64,000 nt of DNA, taken from positions 115,630,001 to 115,694,000 of the forward strand of contig NC_042997.1 of assembly GCF_006345805.1 (NCBI RefSeq), given 5' to 3'. The translations under genes were made by a program, and so were the position numbers. This DNA comes from Octopus sinensis (lineage: Eukaryota). Shown here in pieces: positions 12,074-25,754 of this stretch. The notes beneath the pieces were generated by a model that saw only the letters and a list, made by a program, of their open reading frames with translations, was not told the origin of the DNA and did no database searches. How positions within the stretch are numbered: the stretch's first letter is position 1; every line of letters begins with the position of its first letter.

Positions 12074-12138
<65 letters not shown>

Positions 12139-12159
12139 TTTACACACACACACACACAC

Positions 12160-12196
<37 letters not shown>
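11991..12196. repeat. compound microsatellite (TA)n/(GATA)n/(CA)n
   Basis: Direct reading. Confidence 0.95.
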
Positions 12197-12199
<3 letters not shown>

Positions 12200-12689
12200 T
12201 AGAGAAATACCACTATTATGCAATTCAAACAATGATAGACATAAACCAAATCATTAATAAAAAATATAATATATTTTAAAACATAACTAGATCACAAAAA
12301 GTACAAAAATAAATAAACAATATATTATTTACTTATTATTACTTATGTAATTCTAAGAGCCGGCCCTGTCACAATCTGTGGGGTCATGATTTTTCTTAGA
12401 AATAAAGTAATTCTTGACTTAGTGCAATGCTTATGTTCGAAACACATCAAAATAATTGTAATCTTTGTCGGGAATAGAGTCAGATTAGAACATGGTGTTT
12501 ACCAGTGAGCAGAACCAGGACTAAGGATGAACCAAACTCTAACATAATTTTATTGTAGAAGTCTCTGACTTCAGCCATCTATCGAAGAGCTTATCATAGT
12601 AAACCCTAATCTAGTGGGCACTGAAGCGGTATCCGTATGACTGTTGGTGGGGGTCCACGTAAGATCTTTTTAAAAATTTATTTTCTTTC

Positions 12690-13040
12690 ATTCTTTTGTC
12701 TGTTTCACTCATTTGATTGCGGCCATACTGGTGCACCGGCTTTAGTCGAACAAATCGACGCCAGGACTTATTCTTTGTAAACGCAGTACTAATTCTATCG
12801 GGCTCTCTTTTGCCGAAACGCTAAGTTACGGGGTCGTAAACACACCCCCATCGGTTGTTAAGCAATGTTGGGGTACAAACACAGACATACATATCTACAC
12901 ATATATACGATGGGCTTCTTTCAGTTTCCGTCTACCAAATCGATTCACAAGGCTTTGGTCAGCCCGAAGCTATAGTACAAGACACTTGCCCAAGGTGCCA
13001 CGCAGTGGGAATGAACCCGGAACCATGTTGTTGGTAAGCA
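12690..13040 (-). mobile_element. SINE family A, 5'-truncated
   Basis: Family consensus blocks on minus strand. Confidence 0.8.
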
Positions 13041-13248
13041 ATTTTTTCATTTTTTCTTTTTGCTTTATTGAGGGTCAAGCGATTTTTTTAGTTAGGGGAG
13101 ATAACCCAATTTTTTAATGGGGGTGAGATAACTAAAACGTACTAAAAAATGGTTGAGGACCACTCTCCTAATCATATATGTGAGTATGCGTAATGGTTAG
13201 AATATAATAGTTGCTATTTGAAATAGTAATTAGGCTCGCTTAAATGTT

Positions 13249-13320
13249 GGTTCGCTGGTTCAAAGAAATGATTCGGGCTTCGTTAGCGAGCGATTCTGGG
13301 TTCAAATCGCGTGTGATCCC
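13249..13320 (+). pseudogene. highly decayed tRNA-Pro
   Basis: 72-nt colinear match (ATGATT..GCTTCG..GCGAG..GGGTTCAAATC). Confidence 0.6.
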
Positions 13321-13672
13321 TTTAAAACTTTTATATTTTTGCAGTTAAGCTTCAAAATCATGTTAGAATATGTTTCAACTAATGCAACACTAAAATTTAT
13401 ATTTCACCCAGAATCTCTTTACCAAACGATTCTCAAAACCCTTTAGAACACGAAAAAAAAATTACAAAATCTCCTTTATCGCATTAACCTGCTTCTGTGA
13501 TATTTTACTGTAAACATCCTCAAATGATAACTGCGAAACTTATTAACACAACTGATTTAATTAAATCAACACTCCTCTTTCAGATGCCAGCTTATTTTCT
13601 GGTTATAACTATACATATAAAATTATTACTTATTCTTTATAGAATGATAATTTAAGCACGCTTACGTACTAA

Positions 13673-13744
13673 GGCTCGTTGGTCTAGGGGTATGATTCTC
13701 GCTTTGGGTGCGAGAGGTCCCGGGTTCGAATCCCGGACGAGCCC
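13673..13744 (+). tRNA. tRNA-Pro(TGG)
   Basis: Perfect canonical sequence. Confidence 0.96.
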
Positions 13745-14491
13745 AAAGTGTTTTGTTTCATGGCCACATTTTGTACATTCCACTTGATAGTCTTGAAAAA
13801 TATTTCCGATCAATTTTTTTTCATTTTTTAACTTGAGCCACTTTCATTTCAATTGAGCGCTATTATTAATACTAATAATAATCTAAATCGTGTAACTAAT
13901 AAAAATATGTCGTACAAAATACTGGTTTCAAATATGGGGACAGGGCCAACAATTGCTAGGGAAGGGTTTCGTGATTACTTTGACTCTTAATACTCAGCGG
14001 GTTCTTTATTTTATCGATATCGGAAATAGGAAAGGAAAAGTCAACCTCGTCCGCATTTGAACTTAGAACGTAAAGAGTCAGAGTAAATACTGCTAAGCAT
14101 TTTGGCCAGTGTACTCACGATTCCGCCATGTCACCGCCTTAAATGCAAATTCTGGGACAGCAATTTTGGGGGAGGAGATAAGTCGATTATATCGATCCCC
14201 CAGTGCGCTACTGGTACTTATTTTATCGACCTCGAACAGATGAAAGGAAAAGTCGACTTCGTCAGAATTTGAACACAGAACATAAAGACGGACGTTAGCA
14301 CACCGGACAGAACCCTTAACGGTATTTCGCTCGTCTTTATGTTTTGAGTTCAAATTCCGCTGAGACTGACTTTGCCTGTCATCCTTCGGAGTCGATAAAA
14401 TAAGTATGATTTGAGCCCTGGAATCGATGTAAACGACTTAGCCGAACCCCAAACTTGCTTACCTTGTGCTAAAATTTGAAACCAATATTCA

Positions 14492-14910
14492 GGCGCAGGA
14501 GTGGCTGTGTGGTAAAAAGTTTGCTTCTCAACCAATTGGTTCCAGGTTCAGTCCCGCTGTGTGGCACCTTGGGCAAGTGTCTTCTACCATAGCCTCGGGC
14601 CGACCAATGCCTTGTGAGTGGATTTGGCGGACGGAAACTGGAAGAAGCCCATCGTATGCACACACACACACACATATATTTATATTTATATATATGTATG
14701 TATTTGTGTGTCTGTGTTTCTCCCCACCACCATCATTTGACAGCTGATGGTGTGTGCCTACGTCCCCTAACTTAGCGGTTTGGCAAAAGAGACCGAAAGA
14801 ATAAGTACTAGGCTTACAAAGAATAAGCCCTGGGGTCAATTTGTTCGACTAAAGGTGGAGCGTCAGCATGGCCGCTGTCAAATGACTGAAGCTAGTAAAA
14901 GACTAAAAGA
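14492..14910 (+). mobile_element. SINE family A, full length
   Basis: GGCGCAGGAGTGGCTGTGTGG head to GTAAAAGACTAAAAGA tail. Confidence 0.85.
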
Positions 14911-15916
14911 GCAGCAGAATGATTACTTTCTGTATAAGACAGTTCCAGCACGGATGTAGTGTGCTGTGTGAGGTTTCCAGCGAATCCTATTTAACATCCA
15001 TCTTATCACATTATCTCTTCTAAATTCATATCCCCAGTTCTCATTTATAATCAGTCAATGTCGGTGATTCACACTGTTCATTAATAAAGTTGTTAATAAG
15101 TTATAATAAAGATTGTGTGATAATCTGTTGAGATGATTGAGATGGACATTACTCTAGTTAAGATATTTCTACTGAGAACAGAATAGGAAGTCAACACATC
15201 TGAAGGAGAACCAAGCTGAATTCTTGCTAAGTGGCAGAATCGGTAGAGTGTCGGTTATAATGTCTCACGGGTTTTTGCTTCGACTCTCGGCATTCTCAGT
15301 TCAAATCGTACCAAAGTCATTTCTGATTTTTTTTTTTTACTCTTGGGATCGATAAAAACGTCCCAATCAATGCAAGGCGGTGGAGTTTTCTTTAAGGACG
15401 TCGGTCCAGATGCCTTGCTACATTTGTTCTAGCTCTTTGTGTTATTACGAGTTCAAATCCCGCTGAAGTCTACTTTTCATCCTTCTGGTCTCGATAAAAT
15501 AAAGTACCGACCCAGGGCTGTTGAATGGTGGAAACTGTTGAATACAGGGACCAGGTACCTTGTGGAAATTGCCCCGATTCTTTACGTTCTGAGTTCAATC
15601 CATACAATAGTCTACTTAGGTAATAGACTTAATCTGTCACCCATCCTAACGCTACCACCTGATCCCTTGGGTTCACTCTGCCACAAGTATTCAGGTTATG
15701 TCTCTCGTTTGAAGATAGCTCCCTCTTTAGGTTAGGGCTGTCTATAAGAGTCATGAGCAGAGACTTGGGTACTTTTTGCTTATCTCACCCCCATAAAAAA
15801 CTTGGGTTATCTCCCCCGTTTTACGAGAAATATCTGTACTTTTGGTCATCACCCTAAACAAAAGAAAAAAACATGACAAACATGAAAAACTGTAAAAAAT
15901 TAAACATCTTATTGAA

Positions 15917-16323
15917 TCTTTTAATTGTTTCAGTCATCTGACTGCGGCCATGCTGGAACACCGCCTTTAGTCGAACAAATCGCCCCCAGGACTTATTCTT
16001 TGTAAGCCTAGTACTTATTCTATCGGACGCTTTTGCCGAACCGCTAAGTTATGGGGACGTAAACACACCAGCATCGGTTGTCAAACGATGTTGCGGGGAC
16101 AAACACAGACACACAAATATACACACACAGATACATATATATAAATACATATACATATATATACACGACGGGATTCTTTCAGTTTCCGTCTACCAAATCC
16201 ACTCACTACGCTTTGGTCGGCCCGAAGCTATAGTGGAAGATACTTGCCCAAGGTGCCTCGCAGTGGGACTGAACTTGGAACCATGTGGTTGGTAAGCAAG
16301 CTACTAACCACACAGCCATTCCT
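15917..16323 (-). mobile_element. SINE family A
   Basis: Family consensus on minus strand. Confidence 0.85.
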
Positions 16324-16890
16324 GATGACTGAAAACGTAGAGAATTGACAGAAGTGTTGCTACGATTTTATATCTAAATTGACAAAGAAAAGTTGTTTTA
16401 AAATTCACCTCTTTACTTCACGTTGCTCCGGTTAACTCAGCTGTAGAAATGAGTTGCGACGTCACTGGTGCCAAGCTATATCGACCTTTCCCTTGTCCCT
16501 GGAATAACGTCAGTACCAGATATCGGAAGGTCAGATGCTGCCACCTCACACCACCGACAGATCCATATTCCCGCCATCGTTCAATGATTAGTTGCGCTAT
16601 TCACTGGTTCACTATAAATAAAATACAGTGACGTGTGTAAATAGAAACTTGAAGCATGTATTGGAACCCGTGAGTCAATTCGCAGCGTTCCCAATCCGAC
16701 TGGAGGATAGATGCACTTCGGATTGATTATCTCCTCTTCAGCAACAGAAACCGGAAACGACAGGCGCTGCGAGTTTGTATCGACGTACATTACGGCTGAG
16801 TGCTTTCATCCCGATTTACATTTCTGCACTACAATTTCTTGGAGCAAATGCAGCACAATATTTACATATATAAAAAAAAAGTACACTTAT

Positions 16891-16962
16891 GGGCTCGTCC
16901 GGGATTCGAACCCGGGACCTCTCGCACCCAAAGCGAGAATCATACCCCTAGACCAACGAGCC
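16891..16962 (-). tRNA. tRNA-Pro(TGG)
   Basis: Perfect canonical sequence; long T run downstream on minus strand. Confidence 0.96.
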
Positions 16963-17164
16963 ATACGCCAAACAGCCAACTTAAATTGGTGTATTTATTA
17001 TTAAAAGGTAAATATTAACTTCCTTTTATCTATTCATTAACTATTTCTGTAATTTCAGTCACAGCTGACGTCTGAACAAGGAGTGTTTTATACGACATAT
17101 TTAAGTTGTGTATCAGAGTTCACAATTATATATTTTCTCGAGATTTTCCCGGCTGTTCGAAGTT

Positions 17165-17236
17165 GGCTGGTTGGTGTAGGGGAATGATTTTCGCTTAGGA
17201 TGCGAGTGGTCCGGTGTTCAAATCCTTGACGAGCCC
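17165..17236 (+). pseudogene. decayed tRNA-Pro(AGG)
   Basis: 72 nt; mismatches in acceptor, D and T stems. Confidence 0.8.
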
Positions 17237-17626
17237 ACTGTTCTATTTTACTTTTTTTAAAATCTATTTTGATGACTTACTATACTTCATTATTCCTATA
17301 ATTTCATCATCATCATCATAGGTAGGGGAGCTAGAACTACAGCTTAGCAATGAGGCGGGTGTTATAATGGAATCTCCTCCTCCTACAGGGATATCTAAAC
17401 AAAGACTAGGGGCCTCTGACACGCAGCAATGGCAGTTGACTCATCTTAGTTCATTGGTCCTTCGACAGGTTCTGTTTTTCGACCGACCGGATGTCCAAAA
17501 AACCTCCACCTTCATTACCAATCAGGTCTGGTAGTGTTGCCAGTTTAGACGCTGACGGCCTGATCAAGCGACAGGTTGTTCTATGGTTACATGTCACCAA
17601 TAATACCAAGAGTCACTTGACATAAC

Positions 17627-17740
17627 ATACATACATACATAGACATACATACATACATACATACATACATGCATACATGCATACATACATACATACATAC
17701 ATACATACATACATACATACATACATACATACATACATAC
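17627..17740. repeat. (ATAC)n microsatellite
   Basis: Direct reading. Confidence 0.95.
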
Positions 17741-17789
17741 TTGCCTCTTAAAAGGAAATAGGACAGTTTAGGCTCCCGTTATGAAATAA

Positions 17790-17853
17790 GGCTCGTTGGC
17801 CTGGGTGTATGATTCTCACTTTGGGTGCGAGAGGCTCGAAACCCGGTCGAACC
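17790..17853 (+). pseudogene. decayed tRNA-Pro(TGG)
   Basis: 5' two-thirds recognisable, T arm shortened; positional paralog of intact 24738. Confidence 0.8.
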
Positions 17854-18145
17854 ATCATAACCTTTTTTATAAATAAATATTGCATTGTGTTTTTCACTAG
17901 GAATTATAGTACAGAAACAACATCTTTATATATTATAGGACGAAATTTCTCGCTGTAGAGAAATAGGTGTAACCACACTGAGGTAATTCGCAGCGTTCAC
18001 CGGCTAGGCTGAAGGATGGGTGCATTTCTTTAATACCAGAAACCCGAAACGACAAACGCTTTAAGATTTTTTTTAACTGAGCGCTTTTATTCCGAATTGC
18101 ATTTATTTCAGTACCATAATCCCTTGTAGCAAATACAACGAAATA

Positions 18146-18570
18146 GGATCTTTTCGGTTTGAACGGCAGTTTTTTCTAGCGGTGTCATATGAAATTGTCA
18201 CCCAAAATAATGACCCAAGCATCGATCTATTGCATTTCAATCTGTTTTAGGCTTTAGGGTTAAGGTTAGGGGTGAGGGGAAGGGTATCTTTTTTTCTTCA
18301 CAAATGTAAATAAACCCAATCTGTTTCTTAAACGAGGGACATATTCATACGGCACAGAATGCTTTTTAACTCAATGGACGTCATTGATTGGTTGAAATTG
18401 CAGAAATTGAAGAAAAAAAAACAGCAAATATCTTACAAACTATAGAATTTTCTCAATAAAGCCAAGAGAAAAAGATGTTTTATAAACACAATCTACCAGT
18501 ATACGAAGTTTAAAATTTTTTAGTTACCTAGAAATTATGTTAAAAACTGCCGTTCAAACCGAAAAGTTCC
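18146..18570. mobile_element. MITE with ~30-bp TIRs (GGATCTTTTCGGTTTGAACGGCAGTTTTT)
   Basis: TIR at both ends; CGAAATA duplicated in the flanks. Confidence 0.85.
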
Positions 18571-18763
18571 CGAAATATTTACATGTGTATATATACAAAA
18601 AAGTGGCCACTACTGCTCCTTTCGGTGGGCGCTTAGTAGGTCCAGGTGGGTACTGGTGTCTATGAGGGCGGTAGAGAAAAAAAGGAGAATAAAAGAATAT
18701 ATCCTATTGTAATTTTGAAAATTAGCTGAAAAATATGAGATCACAAAAAAAAATCAAAAATTA

Positions 18764-18835
18764 GGGCTCGTCCGGGATTTGAACCCGGGACCTCTCGCAC
18801 CCTAAGCGAAAATCATACCCCTAGACCAACGAGCC
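18764..18835 (-). tRNA. tRNA-Pro(AGG), U27 variant
   Basis: Identical to 10718-10789. Confidence 0.93.
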
Positions 18836-19303
18836 AACTGTAGACATAAGCAGGAATTTTAATATAAATAGCAACTTTTTAAATTCAACCTATATACATA
18901 TGCGCACGCAAAGATTTTTATATGAAATACAAGATTTAATAATTTTCTAATGGGCCACGTCATATGTGGTAGACCGTGATTATTATGCTGTTTGCTTAAT
19001 CTTAAATTTAAAATTACTTATGGTTATATTGTGTAGTCAATGAATTATTGGTTTATGTCCGTTTCCCTCTTCGAAATCTGTAGAAGTTGTGGATTTCTAT
19101 TTAATATAGGCGTGGGTAGTGAATTTATGTGTTTACTAGACAAATATGTCAATGAAAGAGAGCAAATTTGGAAACATAATACGGAAAATAGAAAAAAAAA
19201 AAATTTTTTAACATATTTCAAACATAACAGTCAGATATAATCTATGTTAACACGAAAACTAATTTCAAGTCAATTTAATACTTTGCAGTATTTTTAGTGA
19301 GCT

Positions 19304-19375
19304 GGCTCGTTGGTCTAGAGGTATGATTCTCGCTTTGGGTGCGAGAGGTCCCGGGTTCGAATCCCGGGCGAGCCC
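19304..19375 (+). tRNA. tRNA-Pro(TGG)
   Basis: Identical to 11258-11329. Confidence 0.9.
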
Positions 19376-19626
19376 AAGTACTTTTGCTTTATTTCTTGTG
19401 CATAAGAGTGTCTTTTTACTATTACTTGATCAAGCTGATACGCATTATGCAAACGCTGAACAGAAACATGACAAGGCCCAATTTAATTATAATTCTATGT
19501 TTTTTCTAGTCATTTGTCGAAAATTACAAAATAGTGGACCCTAATCATCTAAATTCGTGTGTATGTATGGAGGTTAATATTTGATAGTTCCTATTTGAAA
19601 TATAAATCCAAGAAAACTCACCGGTT

Positions 19627-19697
19627 GCCTCGTTGGTCTTGAGTCTTTATCTCGTTCAGGGTGCGAAAGATCCTCGATTCAAATCCAAGACGGACCC
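19627..19697 (+). pseudogene. decayed tRNA-Pro(AGG-like)
   Basis: Paralog of 11537-11607. Confidence 0.75.
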
Positions 19698-20030
19698 TTA
19701 TTTCTGTTTGTGTACCTTTTCTCTGCTAATTTTAAAAATTGCATTGGAGTATACGTTTTGCTATTTTAATAAAGACTGTGCCCCCACCCCTACCCATCAA
19801 AAAAGCCTCCAGGTTTCATTCGGAATCAGTCATAATACGAAACCCTGTACCAGCAGAACAACCCTCATACATATTTTTGTTTTTTAAATCCACCTCGTTA
19901 TATTAAGGTTTCTCAAAGATGTATTTCACTGTTATCCTCCAGAGGTAAATATTGGTCTAAAATTTTGACACAAGGCCAGCAATTTCGGGTAAGTTGATTG
20001 CATTGATCCCAGTTCTTAATTCTCCTACGC

Positions 20031-20091
20031 CGAAAGAAATGATTCGTGCTTCGTTAGCGAGCGATTATGGGTTCAAATCGCGAATGAATCC
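20031..20091 (+). pseudogene. decayed tRNA-Pro fragment
   Basis: Paralog of the 3' part of 13249-13320. Confidence 0.5.
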
Positions 20092-20147
20092 TTTAAAACT
20101 TTTATATTTTTGCAGTTAAGCTTCAAAATCATGTTAGAATATGTTTT

Positions 20148-20934
20148 GGATCTTTTCGGTTTGAACGGCAGTTTTTAACATAATTTTAAACTTCGTATAC
20201 TGGTAGAATGTGTTTATAAAACATCTTTTTCTCTTGGCTTTCTTGAGAAAATTCTGTAGTTTGTAACATTTCGTCTTTAATTTCTTGCATTTCGGCAATT
20301 TTAACCAATCAATGACCGTCTACTGAGGTGAAAGCATTCTGTGCAGTATGAATATGTCCCTCGTTTAAGAAACAGATTGGGTTTATTTACATTTGTGAAG
20401 AAAAAAAGATACCCTAACTAACACTAAATCTAAAACAGATTGAAATGCAATACATCGATTCTAGGCTCATAATTATGGGTGACAATTTCATATGACACCG
20501 CTAGAAAAAACTGCTATTTTCTCTAGCGGTGTCATATGAAATTGTCACCCATAATTATAAGCCTAGAATCGATGTATTGCATTTCAATCTATTTTAGATT
20601 TAGGGTTAGTTAGGGTTAGTTAGGGTTAGGGTTAGGGGTGGGGGAAGGGTATCTGTTTTTCTTCACAAATGTAAATAAACCCAATCTGTTTCTTAAAGGA
20701 GGGACATATTCATACGGCACAGAATGTTGTTTACCGCAATGGACGCCAGTGATTGGTTAAAATTGCCGAAATGCAAGAAATTAAAGACGAAATATGTTAC
20801 AATCTACAGAATTTTCTCAAGAAAGCCAAGAGAAAATGATGTTTTATAAACACATTCTACCAGTATACGAAGTTTAAAATGTTTTAGTTACCTAGAAACT
20901 ATGTTAAAAACTGCCGTTCAAACCGAAAAGATCC
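20148..20934. mobile_element. palindromic dimer of the same MITE with 8-bp TSD
   Basis: TIRs flanked by TATGTTTT on both sides; empty site in paralog at ~13370. Confidence 0.9.
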
Positions 20935-21080
20935 TATGTTTTAACTAATGAAACACTAAAATTTGTATTTCACCCAGAATCTCTTTACTAAACGATTCTC
21001 AAAACCCTTTAGAACAACTACACACACACACACACACTTATTCTTTATAGAATGATAATTTAAGCACTTTTACGTAGTGA

Positions 21081-21152
21081 GGCTCGTTGGTCTAGGGGTA
21101 TGATTCTCGCTTTGGGTGCGAGAGGTCCCGGGTTCGAATCCCGGACGAGCCC
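21081..21152 (+). tRNA. tRNA-Pro(TGG)
   Basis: Perfect canonical sequence; paralog of 13673. Confidence 0.96.
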
Positions 21153-21413
21153 AAAGTATTTTGTTTCATGGCCGCATTTTGTACATGCCACTTTATAGTT
21201 TTGAAAAATATTTCCAATCAATTTTTTTTTTCATGTATTATCTTTTAACTTGAGCACTTTCATTTCAAGTGGGTGTTATTATTGATACTAATAATAATGT
21301 AAATAGTGTAACTAATAAAAACATATCATACAAAATACTGGTTTCAAATGTAGGGACAAGGCCAACAATTGCTAGGGGAAGGGTTAGTTGGTTACTTTGA
21401 CCCTTAATATTCA

Positions 21414-21580
21414 GGTGCAGGAGTAGCTGTGTGGTAAAAAGCTTGCTTCCTAACCAACTGGTTCCGGGTTCAATCCCACTGTGTGGCACCTTGGGCAAGT
21501 GTCTTCTACTATAGCCTCGGACCGACCAGTGCCTTGTGAGCGGATTTGGCGGACGGAATCTGAAAGAAGCTCGTCATATG

Positions 21581-21626
<46 letters not shown>

Positions 21627-21875
21627 AACACACACATATATATATTTATATTTATATATATGTATTTGTGTGTCTGTGTTTCTCTCCACCACCATCATTT
21701 GACAGGTGATGTTGGTGTGTGTCTACGTCCCCGTAACTTAGCGGTTTGGCAAAAAAAATGATAGAAGAGGTACTAGGCTTACAAAGAATAAGTCCTGGGA
21801 TCGAATTGTTCGACTAAAAGCGGAGCTTCAGCATGGCCCCTGTCAAATGAGTGAAGCAAGTAAAAGACTAAAAGA
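21414..21875 (+). mobile_element. SINE family A
   Basis: Paralog of 14492-14910. Confidence 0.85.
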
Positions 21876-22881
21876 ACAGTAGAATAATTACTTTCTGTAT
21901 AAGACAGTTCCAGCACGGATGTAGTGTGCAGTGTTAGTTTTCCTGCGAATCCTATTTAACATCCATCTTATCACATTATCTCTTCTAAATTCATATCTCC
22001 AGTTCTCATTTATAATCGGTCAATGTCGGTGATTCACACAGTTCATTAATAAAGTTGTTAATAAGTTATAATAAAGATTGTGTGATAATCTGTTGAGATG
22101 ATTGAGATGGACATTACTCTAGTTAAGATATTTCTACTGAGAACAGAATAGGAAGTCAACACATCTGAAGGAAAACCAAGCTGAATTCTTGCTAAGTGGC
22201 AGAATCGGTAGAGTGTCGGTTATAATGTCTCACGGGTTTTTGCTTCGACTCTCGGCATTATCAGTTCAAATCGTACCAAAGTCATTTCTGATTCTTTTTT
22301 TTTACTCTTGGGATCGATAAAAACGTCCCAATCAATGCAAGGCGGTGGAGTTTTCTTTAAGGACGTCGGTCCAGATGCCTTGCTACATTTGTTCTAGCTC
22401 TTTGTGTTATTACGAGTTCAAATCCCGCTGAAGTCTACTTTTCATCCTTCTGGTCTCGATAAAATAAAGTACCGACCCAGGGCTGTTGAATGGTGGAAAC
22501 TGTTGAATACAGGGACCAGGTACCTTGTGGAAATTGCCCCGATTCTTTACGTTCTGAGTTCAATCCCTACAATAGTCTACTTAGGTAATAGACTTAATCC
22601 ATCACCCATCCTAACGCTACCACCTGATCCCTTGGGTTCACTCTGCCACAAGTATTCAGGTTATGTCTCTCGTTTGAAGATAGCTCCCTCTTTAGGTTAG
22701 GGCTGTCTATAAGAGTCATGAGCAGAGACTTGGGTACTTTTTGCTTATCTCACCCCCATAAAAAACTTGGGTTATCTCCCCCGTTTTACGAGAAATATCT
22801 GTACTTTTGGTCATCACCCTAAACAAAAGAAAAAAACATGACAAACATGAAAAACTGTAAAAAATTAAACATCTTATTGAA

Positions 22882-23288
22882 TCTTTTAATTGTTTCAGTC
22901 ATCTGACTGCGGCCATGCTGGAGCACCGCCTTTAGTCGAACAAATCGCCCCCAGGACTTATTCTTTGTAAGCCTAGTACTTATTCTATCGGACGCTTTTG
23001 CCGAACCGCTAAGTTATGGGGACGTAAACACACCAGCATCGGTTGTCAAACGATGTTGCGGGGACAAACACAGACACACAAATATACACACACACATACA
23101 TATATATAAATACATAAACATATATATACACGACGGGATTCTTTCAGTTTCCGTCTACTAAATCCACTCACTACGCTTTGGTCGGCCCGAAGCTATAGTG
23201 GAAGATACTTGCCCAAGGTGCCTCGCAGTGGGACTGAACTTGGAACCTTGTGGTTGGTAAGTAAGCTACTAACCACACAGCCATTCCT
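22882..23288 (-). mobile_element. SINE family A
   Basis: Paralog of 15917-16323. Confidence 0.85.
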
Positions 23289-23857
23289 GATGACTGAAAA
23301 CGTAGAGAATTGACAGAAGTGTAGCAACGATTTTATATCTAAATTGACAAAGAAAAGTTGTTTTAAAATTCACGTCTTTACTTCACGTTGCTCCGGTTAA
23401 CTCAGCTGTAGAAATGGGTTGCGAGGTCACTGGTGCCAAGCTATATCGACCTTTCCCTTGTCCCTGGAATAACGTCAGTACCAGATATCGGAAGGTCAGA
23501 TGCTGCCACCTCACACCACCGACAGATCCATATTCCCGCCATCGTTCAATGATTAGTTGCGCTATTCACTGGTTCACTATAAATAAAATACAGTGACGTG
23601 TGTAAATAGAAACTTGAAGCATGTATTGGAACCCGTAAGTCAATTCGCAGCGTTCCCAATCCGACTGGAGGATAGATGCACTTCGGATTGATTATCTCCT
23701 CTTCAGCAACAGAAACCGGAAACGACAGGCGCTGCGAGTTTGTATCGACGTACATCACGGCTGAGTGCTTTCATCCCGATTTACATTTCTGCACTACAAT
23801 TTCTTGGAGCAAATGCAGCATAATATTTATATATCATAAAAAAAAAAGTACACTTAT

Positions 23858-23929
23858 GGGCTCGTCCGGGATTTGAACCCGGGACCTCTCGCACCCAAAG
23901 CGAGAATCATACCCCTAGACCAACGAGCC
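23858..23929 (-). tRNA. tRNA-Pro(TGG)
   Basis: Canonical, T-loop TTCAAAT; paralog of 16891. Confidence 0.96.
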
Positions 23930-24132
23930 ATACGCCGAGCATCCAACTTAAATTGGTGTATTTATTTTTAAAAGGTAAAATATTCACTTCCTTTTATCTA
24001 TTCATTAACTATTTCTGTAATTTCAGTCACAGCTGACGTCTAAACAAGGAGTGTTTTATACAACATATTTAAGTTGTGTATCAGAGTTCACAATTATATA
24101 TTTTCTCGAGATTTTCCCGGCTGTTCGAAGTT

Positions 24133-24204
24133 GGCTGGTTGGTGTAGGGGAATGATTTTCGCTTAGGATGCGAGTGGTCCGGGTTTCAAATCCTTGACGA
24201 GCCT
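24133..24204 (+). pseudogene. decayed tRNA-Pro(AGG)
   Basis: Paralog of 17165-17236. Confidence 0.8.
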
Positions 24205-24737
24205 ACTGTTCTATTTTACTTTTTTTTTGTTATTTTGATGATTTGCTATACTTTATTATTCCTATAATTTAATCATCAACATAATAGGTCGGGGAGCTAA
24301 AACTCCAGCTTAGCGGCGAGGTGGGTGTTATAACGGAATCTCCTCCTTCTACAGGGATGTCTAAACAAAGACAAGGGGCCTCTGACACGCAGCAATTAAA
24401 TGGCAGTCGACTCATCTTAGTTCATTGGTCCTGAACAGGTTTTGTTTTTCGACCGACCGGGTGTTTAAACAGTCTCCACATTCCTTTACCAATCAGGTCT
24501 GGTAGTGTTGCCGGTTTAGACGCTGACGGCCTGACCATGCGACAGGTTGTTCTACGGTTACATGTCACCAATAACACCAAGAGTCACTTGACATAACATA
24601 CATACACACATAGATTCACAAACACATACGCACGTACATACATACATACATACATACATACATGCCTCTGGTAATAACAATAGATAAAATAATATTTTTA
24701 ACAAGAAATACGATACTTTATACTCCTCCGTAAGCGT

Positions 24738-24809
24738 GGCTCGTTGGTCTAGGGGTATGATTCTCGCTTTGGGTGCGAGAGGTCCCGGGTTCGAATCCCG
24801 GACGAGCCC
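24738..24809 (+). tRNA. tRNA-Pro(TGG)
   Basis: Perfect canonical sequence, long T tract downstream. Confidence 0.96.
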
Positions 24810-25251
24810 TTCGTTTTTTTTTTTTTTTTGTTATGAATGCATTTTGTGTTATATTTGCAACATAGAATTATGGTACAGAAATAAATCTGATACAGAATGA
24901 AAGTTCTAAACAATGATGCGCGCAGATGCAAATCAAAAGCGCCTTCTTCTCCGGGCTATGGTACTGAGACGAGAAAACCACAGAGAAATGCATGCATCAA
25001 CCAGTCAGGTTGGGGATCGCTCCACATTGTCAACAGCGAGAAATTTTCTCAAATGATAAATACAGTCAATGGTTACATTGCTGGTTCGAACATCCCTACT
25101 TCCAGTGGATTTTATCTATTGCCTGGGGTTTTGGAACGTAACACTCGCGCAAGTCGAAGGATCACTATATTCAATTTTCAATGCAGACATGTTGAATACA
25201 CACGGATGTATATATTTCTGTACTAAAAATACAATCAAATTTTAATTTATA

Positions 25252-25657
25252 TACTCTTTTACTTGTTTCATTCATTTGACTGTGGCCATGCTAGAGCACC
25301 GCCTTGTAGTAGAGCAAATCGACCCCGGGACTTATTCCTTCTAAGCCTAGTACTTATTCTATCGATCTCTTTTGCCGAACCGATAAATTACGGGGACGTA
25401 AACACACCAGCATCGGTTGTCAAGCGATGTTGTGGGGACAAACACAGACATACAAACATATACACTAACACACACACAAATATATACATATATACGACAG
25501 GCTTCTTTCAGTTTCCGTCTACCAAATCCACTCACAAGGTTTTGGTCGGCCCGAGGCTATAGTAGAAGACACTTGACGAAGGTGTCACGCAGTGGGACTG
25601 AACCCGGAACCATGTGGTTGGTAAGCAAGCTACTTACCACACAGCCACTCCCGCACC
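25252..25657 (-). mobile_element. SINE family A
   Basis: Full head-to-tail consensus. Confidence 0.85.
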
Positions 25658-25682
25658 TATATATATAAAAAATAAAATTGAA

Positions 25683-25754
25683 GGACTCGTCCAGGATTCG
25701 AACCCGGGACCTCTCGCACCCAAAGCGAGAATCATACCCCTAGACCAACGAGCC
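25683..25754 (-). tRNA. tRNA-Pro(TGG), wobble variant
   Basis: G2:U71 and G51:U63 wobbles, otherwise canonical. Confidence 0.8.

Larger units (their letters stand above)
10638..17925 (+). repeat. ~7-kb segmental duplication unit, copy 1 (copy 2 ~18686-24890)
   Basis: Colinear tRNAs, SINEs and unique spacers; offset 8048 at start, ~6950 at end. Confidence 0.93.
18686..24890 (+). repeat. ~6-kb segmental duplication unit, copy 2
   Basis: Colinear with 10638-17925, with copy-specific indels. Confidence 0.93.

Noticed and set aside
16315-16352. CTGATGA-CT-GAAAACGTA motif
   Set aside because: No stem II; lies at a SINE/flank junction and is likely chance
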